Shown here: one piece after another, positions 1 to 12,521 of the stretch
How positions within the stretch are numbered: position 1 is the first letter of the stretch
Layout: every line of letters begins with the position of its first letter
DNA from: Psammoneis japonica
Lineage: Eukaryota
Length of the DNA: 64,000 nucleotides
Direction: 5' to 3'
Assembly (NCBI GenBank): GCA_008632985.1
Contig: QPGO01000020.1
Span: 682,001-746,000 of the forward strand
Notes under the pieces: model-generated
What the model was told of the DNA's origin: nothing
The model's input: the letters and a program-made list of their open reading frames with translations, nothing else
The model's database searches: none
Made by a program: the position numbers and the translations under genes

Positions 1-419
1 TCAACAGCGAGATCTCATTATCCCTAACACGATTCAACTTCGATGCACAAGTCGGGAAGAACATGCGTGGTACGACCAGCATTTGCGCTCTTCACGAACA
101 CACCGACCAACTGCATCGAAGACAATAGTTCGGTTGCACCATCGCTTCGTGGAGTGAAGCCAGTCCATCGCAACATACGCCTTAAAGCAGCTGAAAAATG
201 ATAACAGAAGGATGATTAAATTAGAAGTGAGTTTAGCGGCAACGATATCCTGGCTTGCACACTTTGCAGGGCTCACCCTTTTGCTCAGTGGAATTGTTTG
301 CAAATTATTGTTTCGCCGCTGTTTCCTTCATCCTCTAGTTGTCTCGCATGGTGTAGATTCCCGGAGAGTTCTTGCTGGCGCTCTACCTGCAGAATCTGGA
401 GTGTTGCCGACGTGAACGT

Positions 420-1440
420 GTTGCGGTGGCAACGGGGAGTGCGCCTTGAGCCAAGCTCTTGGACTTGGCTTTCCGTGAGATTCTGGAGAAGCAGCGCTTT
501 GAAACTGAGGTCAACTTGAATCTCATAGCCGGTATCGTGGGGAAAGTTGACAAGGAAACCATGCCCTAATTTCAAGGCGGCCATGTACTATTGCAGTTGT
601 CCCACGTGATCTTGGATAGCCCATGGTAAACTGCCTTGAATTCAGCTACCATGCACCGATGTTGTCGTATCACCAGGTGGTTGCTCAGTGGAATCAGTCC
701 GCTTTTGGCCTCAGCCGACCAAGATCCCCATGGGATTCGTGGCCATTCCGTATTAGAGAATCTTTGACTGTTTGGATCTCGAGAATATTCTTGCTGATTG
801 GTATACACGCACATTGGAACGAATGATCTTGCTCCCGTCAAGCCAATACTCGATCCTCACGGTCCGTGCAGAGATTCCACGCTCTTTGCTATTTCTTTTT
901 TACGTGGAGCCATTTGTATGTTCCCCTCTTGCCAAAGTTCCTGAGTCCCATGTTAGACGCCCCCGTGCCATACTTGGTCGGAGTTGTTCGTGACAATTGG
1001 AGATGGGCAGAAAAATACGTCAATGTAGAAACCGTTCTGATGGCTTGGATAGAAATTTGGTCACCCTTGGAGAAGAAACCGAACCGCTCCCGCCTCCTCG
1101 CAGTAGGAAATACTCAAAGCTTACAGCATCCCTTGAACAAGAGACTGGAGATATCTACTGGAAAACACGAGCAATCTGGGAGGAGCATCGAAGATTTGTT
1201 CACAAGAGAGCGGATTCAAAGGCTTGGGAAAAAGCTCGACCTGAGGGAGACAAACGATGGAATGAGAAATTGCATAAATATGACGAGGCGACAAGTGTTG
1301 GTTATTCACCAGATTCACTGAATCTCATCGATGATCCTCAGAACGAGAATCATTAAAGTCAGTGGGATCGAGCACAGGAAACGTTTCTGCGCTTTTTCGT
1401 TTCTACTCTAAAAGACTACAGTAAGTTCTTGGTGATGTGG
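420..1440 (+). pseudogene. DENN-domain (Rab GEF) gene remnant, multiple frameshifts
   Basis: DENN core motifs are spread over different frames: LDLENIL..W...LERMILL.SSQYSILT (772-), WSHLYVPLLP...LDAPVPYLVG (866-), LDRNLV (~1045), and dDENN-like AQETFLRFFVSTLKDYSKFL (~1372-1431). Ends are approximate. Confidence 0.75.
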
Positions 1441-1546
1441 AGGACGACATCCCAAAGAGTGTTCATGACCAGTGACATTCTCGTCAAACATATGAATGCA
1501 TGCTTGTAACAAGAGATGTATGAATTCCTAATAAACGAACGCCACT

Positions 1547-3925
1547 CTACCACAGGTTAGTGTCCGGGACAACCTGGTCAAACCAGTGTCGCTGACGTTT
1601 CTCGGGACGTTCCGTTTTCTGTTCAATGTGAAGTACTTTCTGAAGCCTTGCCCTCTCTTCCTGGAGCTCTTTTGTTTTCCTCTTCATTTCTCGATTGGAG
1701 ATTTCTTTGGTCTTCGTCAACATAACAACACATCGCCCATCATCAAATTCATATGGCTCGAATTCCACACTGAAATGGTACAATCGAATCCGATCCTTCA
1801 GATTACCTCCAAAGTGAAGCTGACCCCATACGCGTGCATCTTTAGCATCTTTAAAGCCACGGATGCATGTACATTCTTCTGGTCCGTGGAGAAACTTTAA
1901 CACTTCGCCAGAATGTTCTTCGTACTTTGGAAATGTTGCTCGACGCTGATGCCACGAGAACGCTGGGCCTCCAGCATCGAGCACTTGGCAAACCTGCTTG
2001 AGCCTTTCCGTGCACAGGCGCGTCATGGCGGAGCAGTCCTCTCCCTGCCACAGCAACGACTCCACAATTTTGCTCAACAGGTCTGGATCAGCATACCGTA
2101 TTACCGCATCTGCTGCCTTTGGGAACAACTCCCGGTCTCCTGCGGCTAGTTCAATAAATTGAACAGCCGCATCTTTGTCTTTCATGACCTTCTCGACCGA
2201 CTCCATGGAACTTGACAGATACGTAGTAGAGAAGAGTTGCTTTCGGTCTTTGCCGTCGCGAGACTTTGAATCCACCTTGGACCATTCGATACGACCGCAG
2301 TCGAGAACACTAGTTTTGATCAACTCAGTTATGGCACTATCGACCTCCTCGGAACACAATAAAAAAGCAGCTTTGAATACAGAATCGATGACTTCCTTGT
2401 GCTTCAACCGACATGTGCGGGAAATGAGCTTAACGGTTCTTGCAACAAGTGGAGCCGTCTCGACCCCGAGTGAAGCGAATATAGTTATAGTCTCGGCAGC
2501 AGAATGGGTCCACCCTTCTTTCGCTTTCTCGTTGAATGCTCTAGTTCTTTCGGCAAGGTCTAGAACTATGTGGCCTTGCTCCATCAGATTTTGTTGCTTG
2601 CCTACCTTGAGTGCCCTCAAGGCCAGTCGAAAAGACACGCTGCTCAGTACCTTGACGTCGTTTGCACGAGGCCAAAACACTACCATGCTGCGATAATATA
2701 TGGCTGCATTCCCTGAGTATTGCGACAGAGTTGAACCTGAGTGATGCCTCTCGGTCTTATCTCTGCAATCAACCCAGAATGCCGCGTGATCAATGTCGGT
2801 TTTCCCCGTTACCTGCAAGACAGTTCTATTAAGCCAATCCAGCCCCAGAAGATCCGTTTCCACTCTTTCACCGCATGCGCTCAACCACAATTTAGTTCCG
2901 AAGCGACTTTGCTTTCCGTCAAAAAGGAATTCGTGTTTGAACATCAGCATCAACGCGACGCTGAACAATGGTTCTCCAGAGGAGTCGGTTGTGTCTTTCA
3001 AAAGATGAACTGTTTCGTTATCTTCCTTGGAGAGATTATGAAACGAAAGACTTTCTTCGGTGTAGTGGCCACTGAGAAGACAGGCTTGCGCATAGAGATC
3101 AGAAGGGCACACATTCTCCCACGCTTCGCCAATCTCACGAAGTGGAAGCTCGCACACCTCGCACGTGTTATGGGCCATCCATTTATCAACAAGAAAGTCT
3201 GAACCGGAAGATTCAGATTTAGTAGCGACAATTTGATACATGAGGCACAATCGCCTTCCCCATACTATTGGTAGCAATTCAAGACGAGCGTACAAATTGT
3301 AAAAGACACCACAAAAGAACGTTTCGTCGCTTTCCACCGACATGTCAATTTCAATCGACTGATTCAAAGGAATCGTTGGAAAGTCATACGTGAAGGTCAT
3401 GCAGCCCCCATGAAAGCTCGACGGCAACTGAATCAACATTGTACCGATAACGGGAGAATCTCTATCCGGCTGTTCCCATGGTCTTGCACAGCCTCCCACT
3501 TCAAACAATAGAAGCTTGTCCAACACGGGTCTGATTCCCCAACCGCTGATGGCATCTTCGTCAAGGCCCATTCTACCCAACGACTTCTGGAAAAGATGGT
3601 CCAGAACGGCTTCCCATTTGCGGCATGCTTGTATGGTGAAATGTGATGACGGAACTTCCCAACAGCACGAGTCTCTTTCGAGAGGCTCGACCACTTTTTT
3701 CATAGCGTTCGCCTGTTCTTCACATAAAGGAAGGGCTAGTCTACCCACACCATTAATCGTTATAGAAGGTTTCATTGGCGGCATGTGGGGAACGGGGTCT
3801 GACACTGCGCACTTTCCGTGAAAGCACAGTTCGTCGAGAAAGCTTTCGTCATCCTTTCTGTTGATCAGAACGTCTCGTAATCTGTTTCGCCATTGAAGAT
3901 ATTGCTCACTCTTGTCAGTTATCAT
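1547..3925 (-). CDS. 792-aa protein with N-terminal 2OG-Fe(II) oxygenase-like domain
   Basis: Long intact ORF with LPLCEEQA, LDKLLLFEVGG, GTMLIQLPSSFHGG and PIVWGRRLCLMY, matching the pattern of a eukaryotic 2OG-Fe(II) oxygenase-like family. Metal-binding His residues appear absent. Confidence 0.7.
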   Translation of the reverse strand: MITDKSEQYLQWRNRLRDVLINRKDDESFLDELCFHGKCAVSDPVPHMPPMKPSITINGVGRLALPLCEEQANAMKKVVEPLERDSCCWEVPSSHFTIQACRKWEAVLDHLFQKSLGRMGLDEDAISGWGIRPVLDKLLLFEVGGCARPWEQPDRDSPVIGTMLIQLPSSFHGGCMTFTYDFPTIPLNQSIEIDMSVESDETFFCGVFYNLYARLELLPIVWGRRLCLMYQIVATKSESSGSDFLVDKWMAHNTCEVCELPLREIGEAWENVCPSDLYAQACLLSGHYTEESLSFHNLSKEDNETVHLLKDTTDSSGEPLFSVALMLMFKHEFLFDGKQSRFGTKLWLSACGERVETDLLGLDWLNRTVLQVTGKTDIDHAAFWVDCRDKTERHHSGSTLSQYSGNAAIYYRSMVVFWPRANDVKVLSSVSFRLALRALKVGKQQNLMEQGHIVLDLAERTRAFNEKAKEGWTHSAAETITIFASLGVETAPLVARTVKLISRTCRLKHKEVIDSVFKAAFLLCSEEVDSAITELIKTSVLDCGRIEWSKVDSKSRDGKDRKQLFSTTYLSSSMESVEKVMKDKDAAVQFIELAAGDRELFPKAADAVIRYADPDLLSKIVESLLWQGEDCSAMTRLCTERLKQVCQVLDAGGPAFSWHQRRATFPKYEEHSGEVLKFLHGPEECTCIRGFKDAKDARVWGQLHFGGNLKDRIRLYHFSVEFEPYEFDDGRCVVMLTKTKEISNREMKRKTKELQEERARLQKVLHIEQKTERPEKRQRHWFDQVVPDTNLW

Positions 3926-4141
3926 GGTCTATCTATGACCTAGAGTTGTTGCTCTTTCGGGGTGTTTGGAAACGCAGTGGCATTTCGTCGTTTCATTTTT
4001 TTGCTTCAAGCGCAATCTGAACCTCGACGTCAACGCGATAGAGACGAAAGATCGCAACGTTGAAGTTCAAAATTCAGGTCTTACGTAGCCCTATCCCGTA
4101 GAAATGTACGGGAAGCACGTTTGGCGCGAAACGCACAAATA

Positions 4142-7100
4142 ACCTCCGCGACCACTGTTTCGAGTCATGCTCCCCTGGACTTTTGGCGAGTTCTCTCTCG
4201 TTGCGTGAACACAGTGGTTGACAGGAAAACAAGAGTCTGGCTTGAAGCCATTCCCAAGGGAGTGGAGCCCAAGCAAGTTGATTTGCAGAACCTTCTCTGT
4301 GTGCTGGCAATGGTCCTCACCTTTCTCTGGAAATTGCTGGCAAACGCTCTCGTGGGGAAGCAGAAGAAATGATGAGCAGGCGAGCATTGGTCGCCAAACT
4401 GTCTCAGGTTGCTCAGCCAACAGACAAGAGGTGCTGGCTTTTCCCCCACAAAGGAAGAGCCTTTGAGTGGCTGTCTCTCTCTCTCAGCTTGTGTCTGTTT
4501 TGATGTGACCCTGAGCTTCTTCTTCTTTGTGGCTGAGCAGCAGCGGCACTGGCTGCGTTCAGCTGTGACATTGGGGTGTGGAAAAGTGTCTCTCTCAAGT
4601 GAAGATGATTTTTCTGATGCCAAGAGGGCAACTCAAGTTGGGCAAAAACAGTGAGTGGGAAACACTGCAAAACTTTGGGGTTTTCCTGCTTTGTCGGGTG
4701 CAGTGCAGTTGTCACAAAAGAGCACACAGAGTGTGCGCTGTTTTGAAATTTTGGTTTTTGTCAATTGTCAATGCAAGGGGGAGCAAAGCTTTGTCCCATT
4801 GGCACAGTTTCCAGAACCCAGGGTCCAAGAAATGACAACAATGGAGCTGGAGAGGACTCAAAATCAAGCCTCGAGATGAGGACAATGCCTGGACCTGGGC
4901 CCAACTTGGCTGAGACTTTTGCAAGCAATGAGCCCATGAGGCGCTCCAAAAAGACTCAGTTTTTCATGCAACAAGAGGCAAGGCCATCAGCTGGTGACAG
5001 GCAGCAGGCCTCCATGAGCCAGTCTTGGCATTGACAAGTTGTCACGTGTTTCCACATTTTTGCCAGCAGCACTCATTTTGAACAGGACACTGCTGCAAGG
5101 TGGCAATGAACAAGTCTTGTTCATTGTCTTGTGGCCCAACAAACTCTTGCTTCACCAGCCCATCTGCTGCCTCTTGTTTCCAATGACAGCACTTTTTCAG
5201 TCAGTGCATGAGCGTTGGTGGTCAATTTGTGCCCTGCTCTTCCTCATGTTGAAACTTTTCTGGACTGCCTGTTTTGCCTTTGCTGCCAGATCCAATCCCA
5301 AGAAGAAGGCCCGATTGCAGTGTTGAGTGCTTTGCTTTTGAAATCTTGGTTTGCTGGCCCTGTTTTTGTTGCTGCCAGCTGTGTCCGGTTGGCACCACAA
5401 CCTTGTGTTGGCGTCAATCTTGACTGATTGTCGTGCATCCCTGCCACATCACACACAACATGATGCTCTGGGAGTGTGGGTTGGCTTGTTGCCAGAGTTC
5501 TTGTGGGGTGGAAGCAGTGCACAGAACTTTAAATGCAGAATTTGAGCTTTGTTTTCCAGTCAGTGCAAAGCTGCTGGGCTGCACTCATGTGTTCTCCCGG
5601 ACAGCCCAAATGTTGTTGGCTGCTTTCTTTGCTGGAAAAGAGACAATTCCATGCACTGGCACCAAACCGTCAACCAAGGGTGTCCTCCACAGCAGCTGTG
5701 ACACAGTGGCCAGCAAGGAACCCTGTTGCTGCAACCCAGTCATCTGCATCAAACTCAGCCATCGCTGGAGCCGCCAACTGCCTGACCAACATCAACACAG
5801 TTTTGCCTCTGAGATGTGTCACAAAGACAGAATGTCAGCAAACACACAGAGCCAATTCACTGACTGACAATGCACTCTTGGCATGCTGACATCATTGCTG
5901 CTCTTGTTGTCATCATTTGCTTCAAAAAGGCTGCCAGAGTTTCTGCCAGCTGCATCAGAAAAAGACTCAACTTGTCAGTTTGTGGCTCTTCTTCTGAGTT
6001 GCTGCCCAAATGCAGTCATCTTCAGGATTGTCAGTTGCTGGTGCTTCTGAGTTGCCCCCAAAGTTCTTTTCCAATTTGCTGGTGTCACACTGATCATGTG
6101 AAGTTCTTTTTTTTTTTGGCTGGGTCACAAGCAGAGAGTTGCACCACCAGCTGCAGAGCTGTTGCCATGACTGCCAAGTTTTCAGTGCAAAAGGGGCTGC
6201 CCCAGACAACAGCCTGTCTGATGACTCCAATCAAAAGGTGCACCTCTTTTGCGACAAGGCACACAACACTTTTAAATGTTTTGTGAGTTGTTTCCAGGGC
6301 ACCAGGTGAATTGTTGGAGCACTCTCCACCAAAGTTTTGGGGTGGCTGCAGAGCGCCACTCTGTTCTCTAAAACAATCTCTCTCAAAACTTTGAGCTTTG
6401 ATGTTGAGTCAGAATTGCCATCACTGCCTGCTGGCATGGTGGCCATTGATGTCACCAGATGGAACTTCAGTGCATTGCCTTCTCTGAGTTTGCTGCCATC
6501 ATGAGCCTTGCACATGATGCCCCCCACCATGAGAAAGGCAGAGTTGTTGTCACAACCTCACATCACAGCATTGTGGCCACACTCATCATGAGTGCGTTTT
6601 TGGAGCTTGTGTCTCAGGCAGAAACTGCTGACCAGGCCAAGATGCTGTGCACAATTCCAAGCTTTTGTCTCCAGCACAAACTCTCTGCTTCCTTGAGAGC
6701 TCCTCTCCCAAGAAACAGTTGAGCCGGTGCACTCAGCAGCCCACCCTTTCTCAATGAGCAAATGTCACAGCAATGGCGAGCATGTCAGATGACTTGTGCT
6801 GGTTTGTCCTCAATGCCACACATGCCACTGCAGAGTTGGCTGAAGTTTCTTTTAACAACAAGGAAGCTCTCATTTGAGCCTCAGAGTTGCTTGTTTTCTT
6901 AAAATTGCCTGGCATGACTGAGCCAATCAATCAGCAGTTCATTGTCAGAAGGTTTGAAGCATGGCTGGGTTGCCACAAACATTCTCCACAATCAATCTCC
7001 ATCATCCAACAGCTGGGGAGGCCTGAAGCTTGAGAGCACTCATTGTTGTCACAAGAGACTGGATGGAGTCAGATGATGGTTTGAAGCCCTGAGACTTGCA

Positions 7101-9605
7101 CGCCTCCACAAATGCCGCAGTGTCTCAATCGCTGTTGCTCTTGCCCACTGAAAACAGCAAACAAGCCCCCAATCACAAGCCCTCAAGATGATCTTTTCCA
7201 GCTGCTGCTGTGGTGCCTTGAGTCACAAATCCTCAACATGGTTGCCACTGGCTGCTGGCATCAGCTTTCAGATGCTCGGACAGTTTGTTGCACTCACAGC
7301 TGCTGTTGTCCTCTTCAAATTTCTGGGGGCTTGGGTGGCAACATGGAGAGATAAAAATGTCATCCCTGCACCAGTCTCCAGATCACTGCAGTCAGAATCA
7401 AGACATCTGCAGGGCTTCCATTTGGCTCAACCAGCAAGGCACCACTTCAAGAGTCTTGGGAATTTCACCAGGAGCTCTCATCTGCCAAAGAGACATGTTT
7501 CTTGATTTGCCTCTCATTGCAGATTTGATTGCCATTCGGAGTTGTTGGCAAGTGTTCATTGATGACAACTTGTGTCGACAAAACCTCAAAAAAGATGCTT
7601 TTTCAACTGTTGTGTTCTGCAGCAAATTTTGATCAAGACAGATGATCCCACCAAGTTGGAACAAGAAAGATCTTTTGGTCCTTGCACCTTGCATTGTCAC
7701 ACAGATTCTTGTGAGTGGAAATGTTGCAGTGCAAAGAGCGCCTCATGTGTTTGAAAGAATTGGCATTTGACGCATTTTGCTGCATCAACTTTGGCACGAT
7801 TAAATTGATTGCGATTCAAAGCATTTGCATGAATTGCAGAAGGGAAGAGTCGAGCAAACTTCTGTGTTGTAATTGCATCAGCAGCTGCAAGATTTGGGAG
7901 ATTCAAATGACCAGGATCATTGTTGACACCTCTAAGAAATTCTGTGACAGAAACCCAAACACTGTGGCTGCAGTCAATTGCAGCTTTTCCTGTGATTTTA
8001 GAAAGCATTCGTGGACAACTTGTCAAGACCACTCAACAGGCTCCTGGTTTTTGTGACAGCAGATGGGCTTGAATCTGTTCCCATGTGTTTGTTGAAGAAA
8101 AGTTGTCAATGACCACATGCCACACTGCCACACATTCAGTGCATGCTGTGACGGGACTTGGCATGATGGCTGCTGATGGCATCAATGACATTTCTGGTCA
8201 CACAGTCAGACAGTGACTGCTCTGATCTGATCAACCACACACAGCCCTGGACTGCAACATTCAACGTTCACATTTTCTTGAAGGTCACCTGTTGCCTGCA
8301 AGCAATCCAGTGGCATGGGTCTTTGTTCACACAGGCTGATGCAAACAGGAGCAGCAACAACATGCTTGTTGTGCGGCGGCACAACAATGGCGATGCTTTG
8401 TCATCCAAGAGTGAGCATCTGGTGGCCAAAGACACAAAGAAAACAGCATCGCTGCGCTGAAACAACTTGTTCATTGATCAAAAACCAAGATTGCATGCCA
8501 CCGTGGCACCATTGTCTGTCCATTCAGTGAGAACAGAAGAAGATGCAAAACCAAGTGAAGCAACAGAGATGAAAGTGGCAGAAGCAGAGGAAAGTGACTC
8601 GCACTCCAAAGGGTTGTTCTCAGGCTCCAGCCAAACAACAAAATGTGTGGGGGAGATGTGGAAATTTTTTAATGAGGGAATGAGGATCAGACAGGAATGA
8701 ACTCTTGTGCTTGCATCTTTTGGGATTGTCCCTGGTTGAGTGGTCCAGTTGGCAGTCTGCTTTTTTTGCAGATGACAATGCTTTCTGTGGTGGCAATGAA
8801 TGTGCCCTCCCTGATCTGTCACCACGGCATGGCTGACATTGCTGAGAGACAACACCACTGACAAATCAGTTGTTTGACAAGATGTTGAAGCCACAAGTCA
8901 ATCTTTGTCACAAGGACCACTTCCTTGGCTTCTCAGATCATTGTGCAAGGCAGCCGTGCACTTCTCAGGAGACCAAGAGACCTTGTGAACTGCTGTGACA
9001 TTTTGTCTGACAACAGAGGGTGCCATGTCATGGCTGTCACATGAACAATGTGGAGGTGACCAAAGCCACTTGCACACACAACATGTTCTGCGCTCATTCT
9101 TTGATGCAAACCAGCATCTGTCGGGAGACCAGCTGGGACAGAAGTCACCTCAGTTGGAGTGGCACAAACGCCATTCTGGTCAGAAGAAGCCTTGAGCTCT
9201 CTCGTGGCTTGCCAGGACCAGAAATTGACAGCAACAATGACATCAGCTTGCCAACCACAGAATGGCAGTTTGTGCCCGACAGTGTCCTGAGCAGGCAGCG
9301 TTGGCATGCACAACAAAAAATGGATGCACTGCATGAACAAGAAGACTGACAAAAACCAGCAAAGCACAGAAAAACAGGTCAGACATCATGTGCAAACAAG
9401 AATGACAGTGAAAATCGAGTCAACCAATGCACTGTGCTGCTTTGGCAAAAGAAAGCGAGTTGTCCAATGTGACAGGTTTGCCAGGTTGAAGTGTGACCTT
9501 GGCAGAGCTTTCGCTGCTTTTGGAGAATGACATTTGCTTTTTCACCCCAGCTTTGTGTTCTCTTCACATGTTCATTTGTTTCTGCTTTTTGTCATGGTTG
9601 CCCAC
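4142..9605. other. TpA-erased, CpG-poor decayed repeat block 1
   Basis: About 10 TA dinucleotides found by eye in 5.4 kb, with a strong CA/TG excess and no coherent ORF. TA returns abruptly at ~9609. Confidence 0.9.
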
Positions 9606-9709
9606 CTGTACATTGAAGGGTTTCCGCTAGTTGACCGTAGCACCATCACTCTTGTTACTACAGTAGGTGTTATATCATCTAAGAACCGCTGTCAAAACCG
9701 GCCTTCTTC

Positions 9710-11047
9710 TTACGTTTTGACGTATTTGGGGCACATTGTCTTGTGCTGCTTCTTCCAGTCCTTTCGTTGACAATCCGTGCTACAGTACCATCTAATCTTA
9801 CATTTGGAACATCGCATGTTGGCAGGCTTGAAGCATATCGCACATGCGTGGGGCTTTTCGTCATCACCAAAAGTGGAACAGCGCTGCAGCAAACTCCAAA
9901 AGTGCACCTCCTGTACAGACGTATATGGAAACTCGGTAAACGCAGCATCGTCGTAGGACGAGTTGGCGATGGTATTGCTGCTCATGTAGCAAACCATCCT
10001 GGATGAATCATGGTCCTTCATGCCGGGAGGGAGCTTGAAGTCTGCAAGCCCTGTTCCTGGTATGTTGGCAACGTTGGTTGTAACTTCCTTGTACTCTCCA
10101 TCCTGGAGTCTGACGACTACGTATCCCTTTTGCATTAGCTGAAATAGAATGGATCCATCATCGTTGGGCTTGGGTCCATCTCGAGACCGCAAGCTACGCA
10201 ACCAGTCCAAAATCCCCGCCGTTCTTTCCCAACACTTCATGGCAGATCGCACGTACGAAGTGGCTTCATCAATGCTTCCACGAGCTTCCGTCTCGGGAGG
10301 AGGTCCAAGATCAACATCCGCAAGTAGCAGGAGCGGCACCATGTTGTTAAGCATGAGAGCCTTGCAGAGCGTTTGCTTCAGTTGCTTCGCTTTGCCCACA
10401 CCGAGCTTGAATTTGAGGAAATCAATAATGACGTAGCCGTAGGCAAAGTAGCATTCTTGTGTTTGACGTCCCTCAGAATGCTTTTCAGCAATTTTTTCAG
10501 CCTCTTTGTATTCTCCAGCAGTCAGTAGCACCTCAAAGAGGAGCACACGAACACCCTGGTTGTCGCTTGGGCAAACTTTGAGAAGATGACGAAACTGTTC
10601 CACGGCAGCTTGTGTTTTGCCCTGTGCTTCCAGGGCCATGCCCAAACCGTGACGTGATCGAAGGTGGGGTCGATTTACAACTACACCCCAGGGAATGTCT
10701 TCCTCGTCTCGCAGCGTGGGCCACAAAAGAAGACTGCAGTCTAGCGCATATCGATAGGCTTGCTCGGACTTTTCCAAAGCGCTCCACTCTCGTCTGTAAA
10801 TATCTCCAATGCAGTTGTAAGCGTCGACTGAAAAAGGAAAGATTCGAAGTGCCTCTTGACAGAGTCGAAACTTTTCCAATGGATCATCCTTGACTTCCCA
10901 AGCATCGTACACCAGTTGTTGGGCCGCTTCGTCTTCGGCGTAGCTTCGGTGAGGAGACAAAAAGTCGGGCGGTCTCTCTCGGAAAGACCGCAGCACTGCT
11001 TCGGGCGGTGGGGTTGGAACTGGAGGAGGCGCTGTATCTGATGCCAT
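9710..11047 (-). CDS. TPR-like repeat protein with C-terminal MYND zinc finger (445 aa)
   Basis: TPR-like helices (HGLGMALEAQGKTQAAVEQFRHLLKVCPSDNQGVR) and MYND CAIC...CSKCKIRWYCSTDCQRKDWKKQHKTMC. Confidence 0.85.
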   Translation of the reverse strand: MASDTAPPPVPTPPPEAVLRSFRERPPDFLSPHRSYAEDEAAQQLVYDAWEVKDDPLEKFRLCQEALRIFPFSVDAYNCIGDIYRREWSALEKSEQAYRYALDCSLLLWPTLRDEEDIPWGVVVNRPHLRSRHGLGMALEAQGKTQAAVEQFRHLLKVCPSDNQGVRVLLFEVLLTAGEYKEAEKIAEKHSEGRQTQECYFAYGYVIIDFLKFKLGVGKAKQLKQTLCKALMLNNMVPLLLLADVDLGPPPETEARGSIDEATSYVRSAMKCWERTAGILDWLRSLRSRDGPKPNDDGSILFQLMQKGYVVVRLQDGEYKEVTTNVANIPGTGLADFKLPPGMKDHDSSRMVCYMSSNTIANSSYDDAAFTEFPYTSVQEVHFWSLLQRCSTFGDDEKPHACAICFKPANMRCSKCKIRWYCSTDCQRKDWKKQHKTMCPKYVKT

Positions 11048-11501
11048 TGCGTTGTTGATATCTTACAGAGGTGCAATAGTTCCGCCTGTTGCGTGGACGG
11101 GGCTCTTGTCGTTTTCGTTAGGAACTTTTACTTCACTCTCTAGCTAGCTAGTCTCTAGCTCTACTCTCTAGCTAGAGTAGTAGCAAGTAGCAGGTATTCG
11201 TCGCAGCACCTCTGTCAACAAGAACAATAAGAAGCAAAACTGTATCATCCGTGCAAAAAAGATACATATCCGGGTTACCAAAAGATCCTAGTACGTGACT
11301 ATGTGCGGTGTGTGCGGCGGGATGGTGCGGTAGGTGCTGACGCTTTTTTTTTTTGCTTTGACGAAAAGCATGTTGTTATGGTTATGTTGACGTTGCTGCC
11401 TTGAGAGAATTTGCTGTTTGGTAGAAGGGACAGAATCACAGCCATACTTCATTGCAAAGGCCCTGACCTATACTCTTTACCGGTAGAACAACAGCATCGC
11501 C

Positions 11502-12521
11502 ATGTCGAATGCAAAAACAAGTATTTCGTTGGATCTTCCCTCAAGAACAAGCACATCTTTTTGCTGCACGTGTCGAAAAAGCAGCAACCAAACACCCACA
11601 GGTCGAGCACTCCAACGGTGTTCGCGGTGCAAAATTACGCGATATTGCTCAAGAGATTGTCAAGTAAAGCATCTCAGTGCACACAAGCAAGCTTGTAAGT
11701 TGATTGCAAAGCTTAACGAGCAAAACGAGGAAGAGAATGCACATAAGAACCACATGCTACTAGCGCAAGCTACCTTCATGATGGCATACGAATCATGCGA
11801 TTTCCCTCAGCGTGGGGCTTTCATGTTTGAGATTGCATACGAGCGGTACTTGGAAGTGTGGAAGCGATCACTAGCACAAAGTGATCAAGAATACCACGCC
11901 TCGATCCATGAGCAAGAGCAAGACATGCATGTCATGCTGATTTTATTGCTCATTGCGTTGGAGCTCCACGAATTAGCCTTTTCCTTGCTTTGCTTGGCGG
12001 CATCACCAGAATACCCAATACTCCGAAACACTATTTTGACAGATGAGAGCAAGGTTGTAATTCCTCGCGTTTCTTACTTTGGCACTTTGACTGATGCGAT
12101 AATGGAAAATTTCAAGGACCATCCCACGCTCTTGATTCTAATGCTTGTTCTCTTCTTACGCTTGATGGTCCATCAAAAGCGTGACGAGCAACGATGGAGT
12201 GCCTTTCGAAGCACGCGGCGCTTTGGACAAGATCTCTTGACCAATGGAACGGCAGTCGACTTGATGCATGATTTTCTTTTCGGTAGTAGGGCAACATCCT
12301 TGGACGATGGTTTTGTACAAAACAACATTATCAGCGTCATCAAGGAGTACCATTTCGATGTATACACTCTTCTTCAAAACGATGGCTTGGCAAGTAAGGC
12401 GATTGGTGCAGAGTTGTTTTCGACCGAGGATGAATTGCAAATGTTTCATTTCTTGCTCTTGCAAGATTTAGTCTACATGACGCCGGGCGTTGCAGACGAA
12501 CTTGAAAACGTATTGGAATAG
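11502..12521 (+). CDS. N-terminal MYND zinc finger protein (339 aa)
   Basis: CCTC...CSRCKITRYCSRDCQVKHLSAHKQAC MYND motif in an intact ATG-to-stop ORF, divergent from the other MYND gene. Confidence 0.85.
   Translation: MSNAKTSISLDLPSRTSTSFCCTCRKSSNQTPTGRALQRCSRCKITRYCSRDCQVKHLSAHKQACKLIAKLNEQNEEENAHKNHMLLAQATFMMAYESCDFPQRGAFMFEIAYERYLEVWKRSLAQSDQEYHASIHEQEQDMHVMLILLLIALELHELAFSLLCLAASPEYPILRNTILTDESKVVIPRVSYFGTLTDAIMENFKDHPTLLILMLVLFLRLMVHQKRDEQRWSAFRSTRRFGQDLLTNGTAVDLMHDFLFGSRATSLDDGFVQNNIISVIKEYHFDVYTLLQNDGLASKAIGAELFSTEDELQMFHFLLLQDLVYMTPGVADELENVLE

Noticed and set aside
1547..3925. 2OG oxygenase-like gene as the effector of the TpA mutation
   Set aside because: Only adjacency supports it. 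It has no TET/AlkB-specific features that I can recognise and appears to lack metal ligands.
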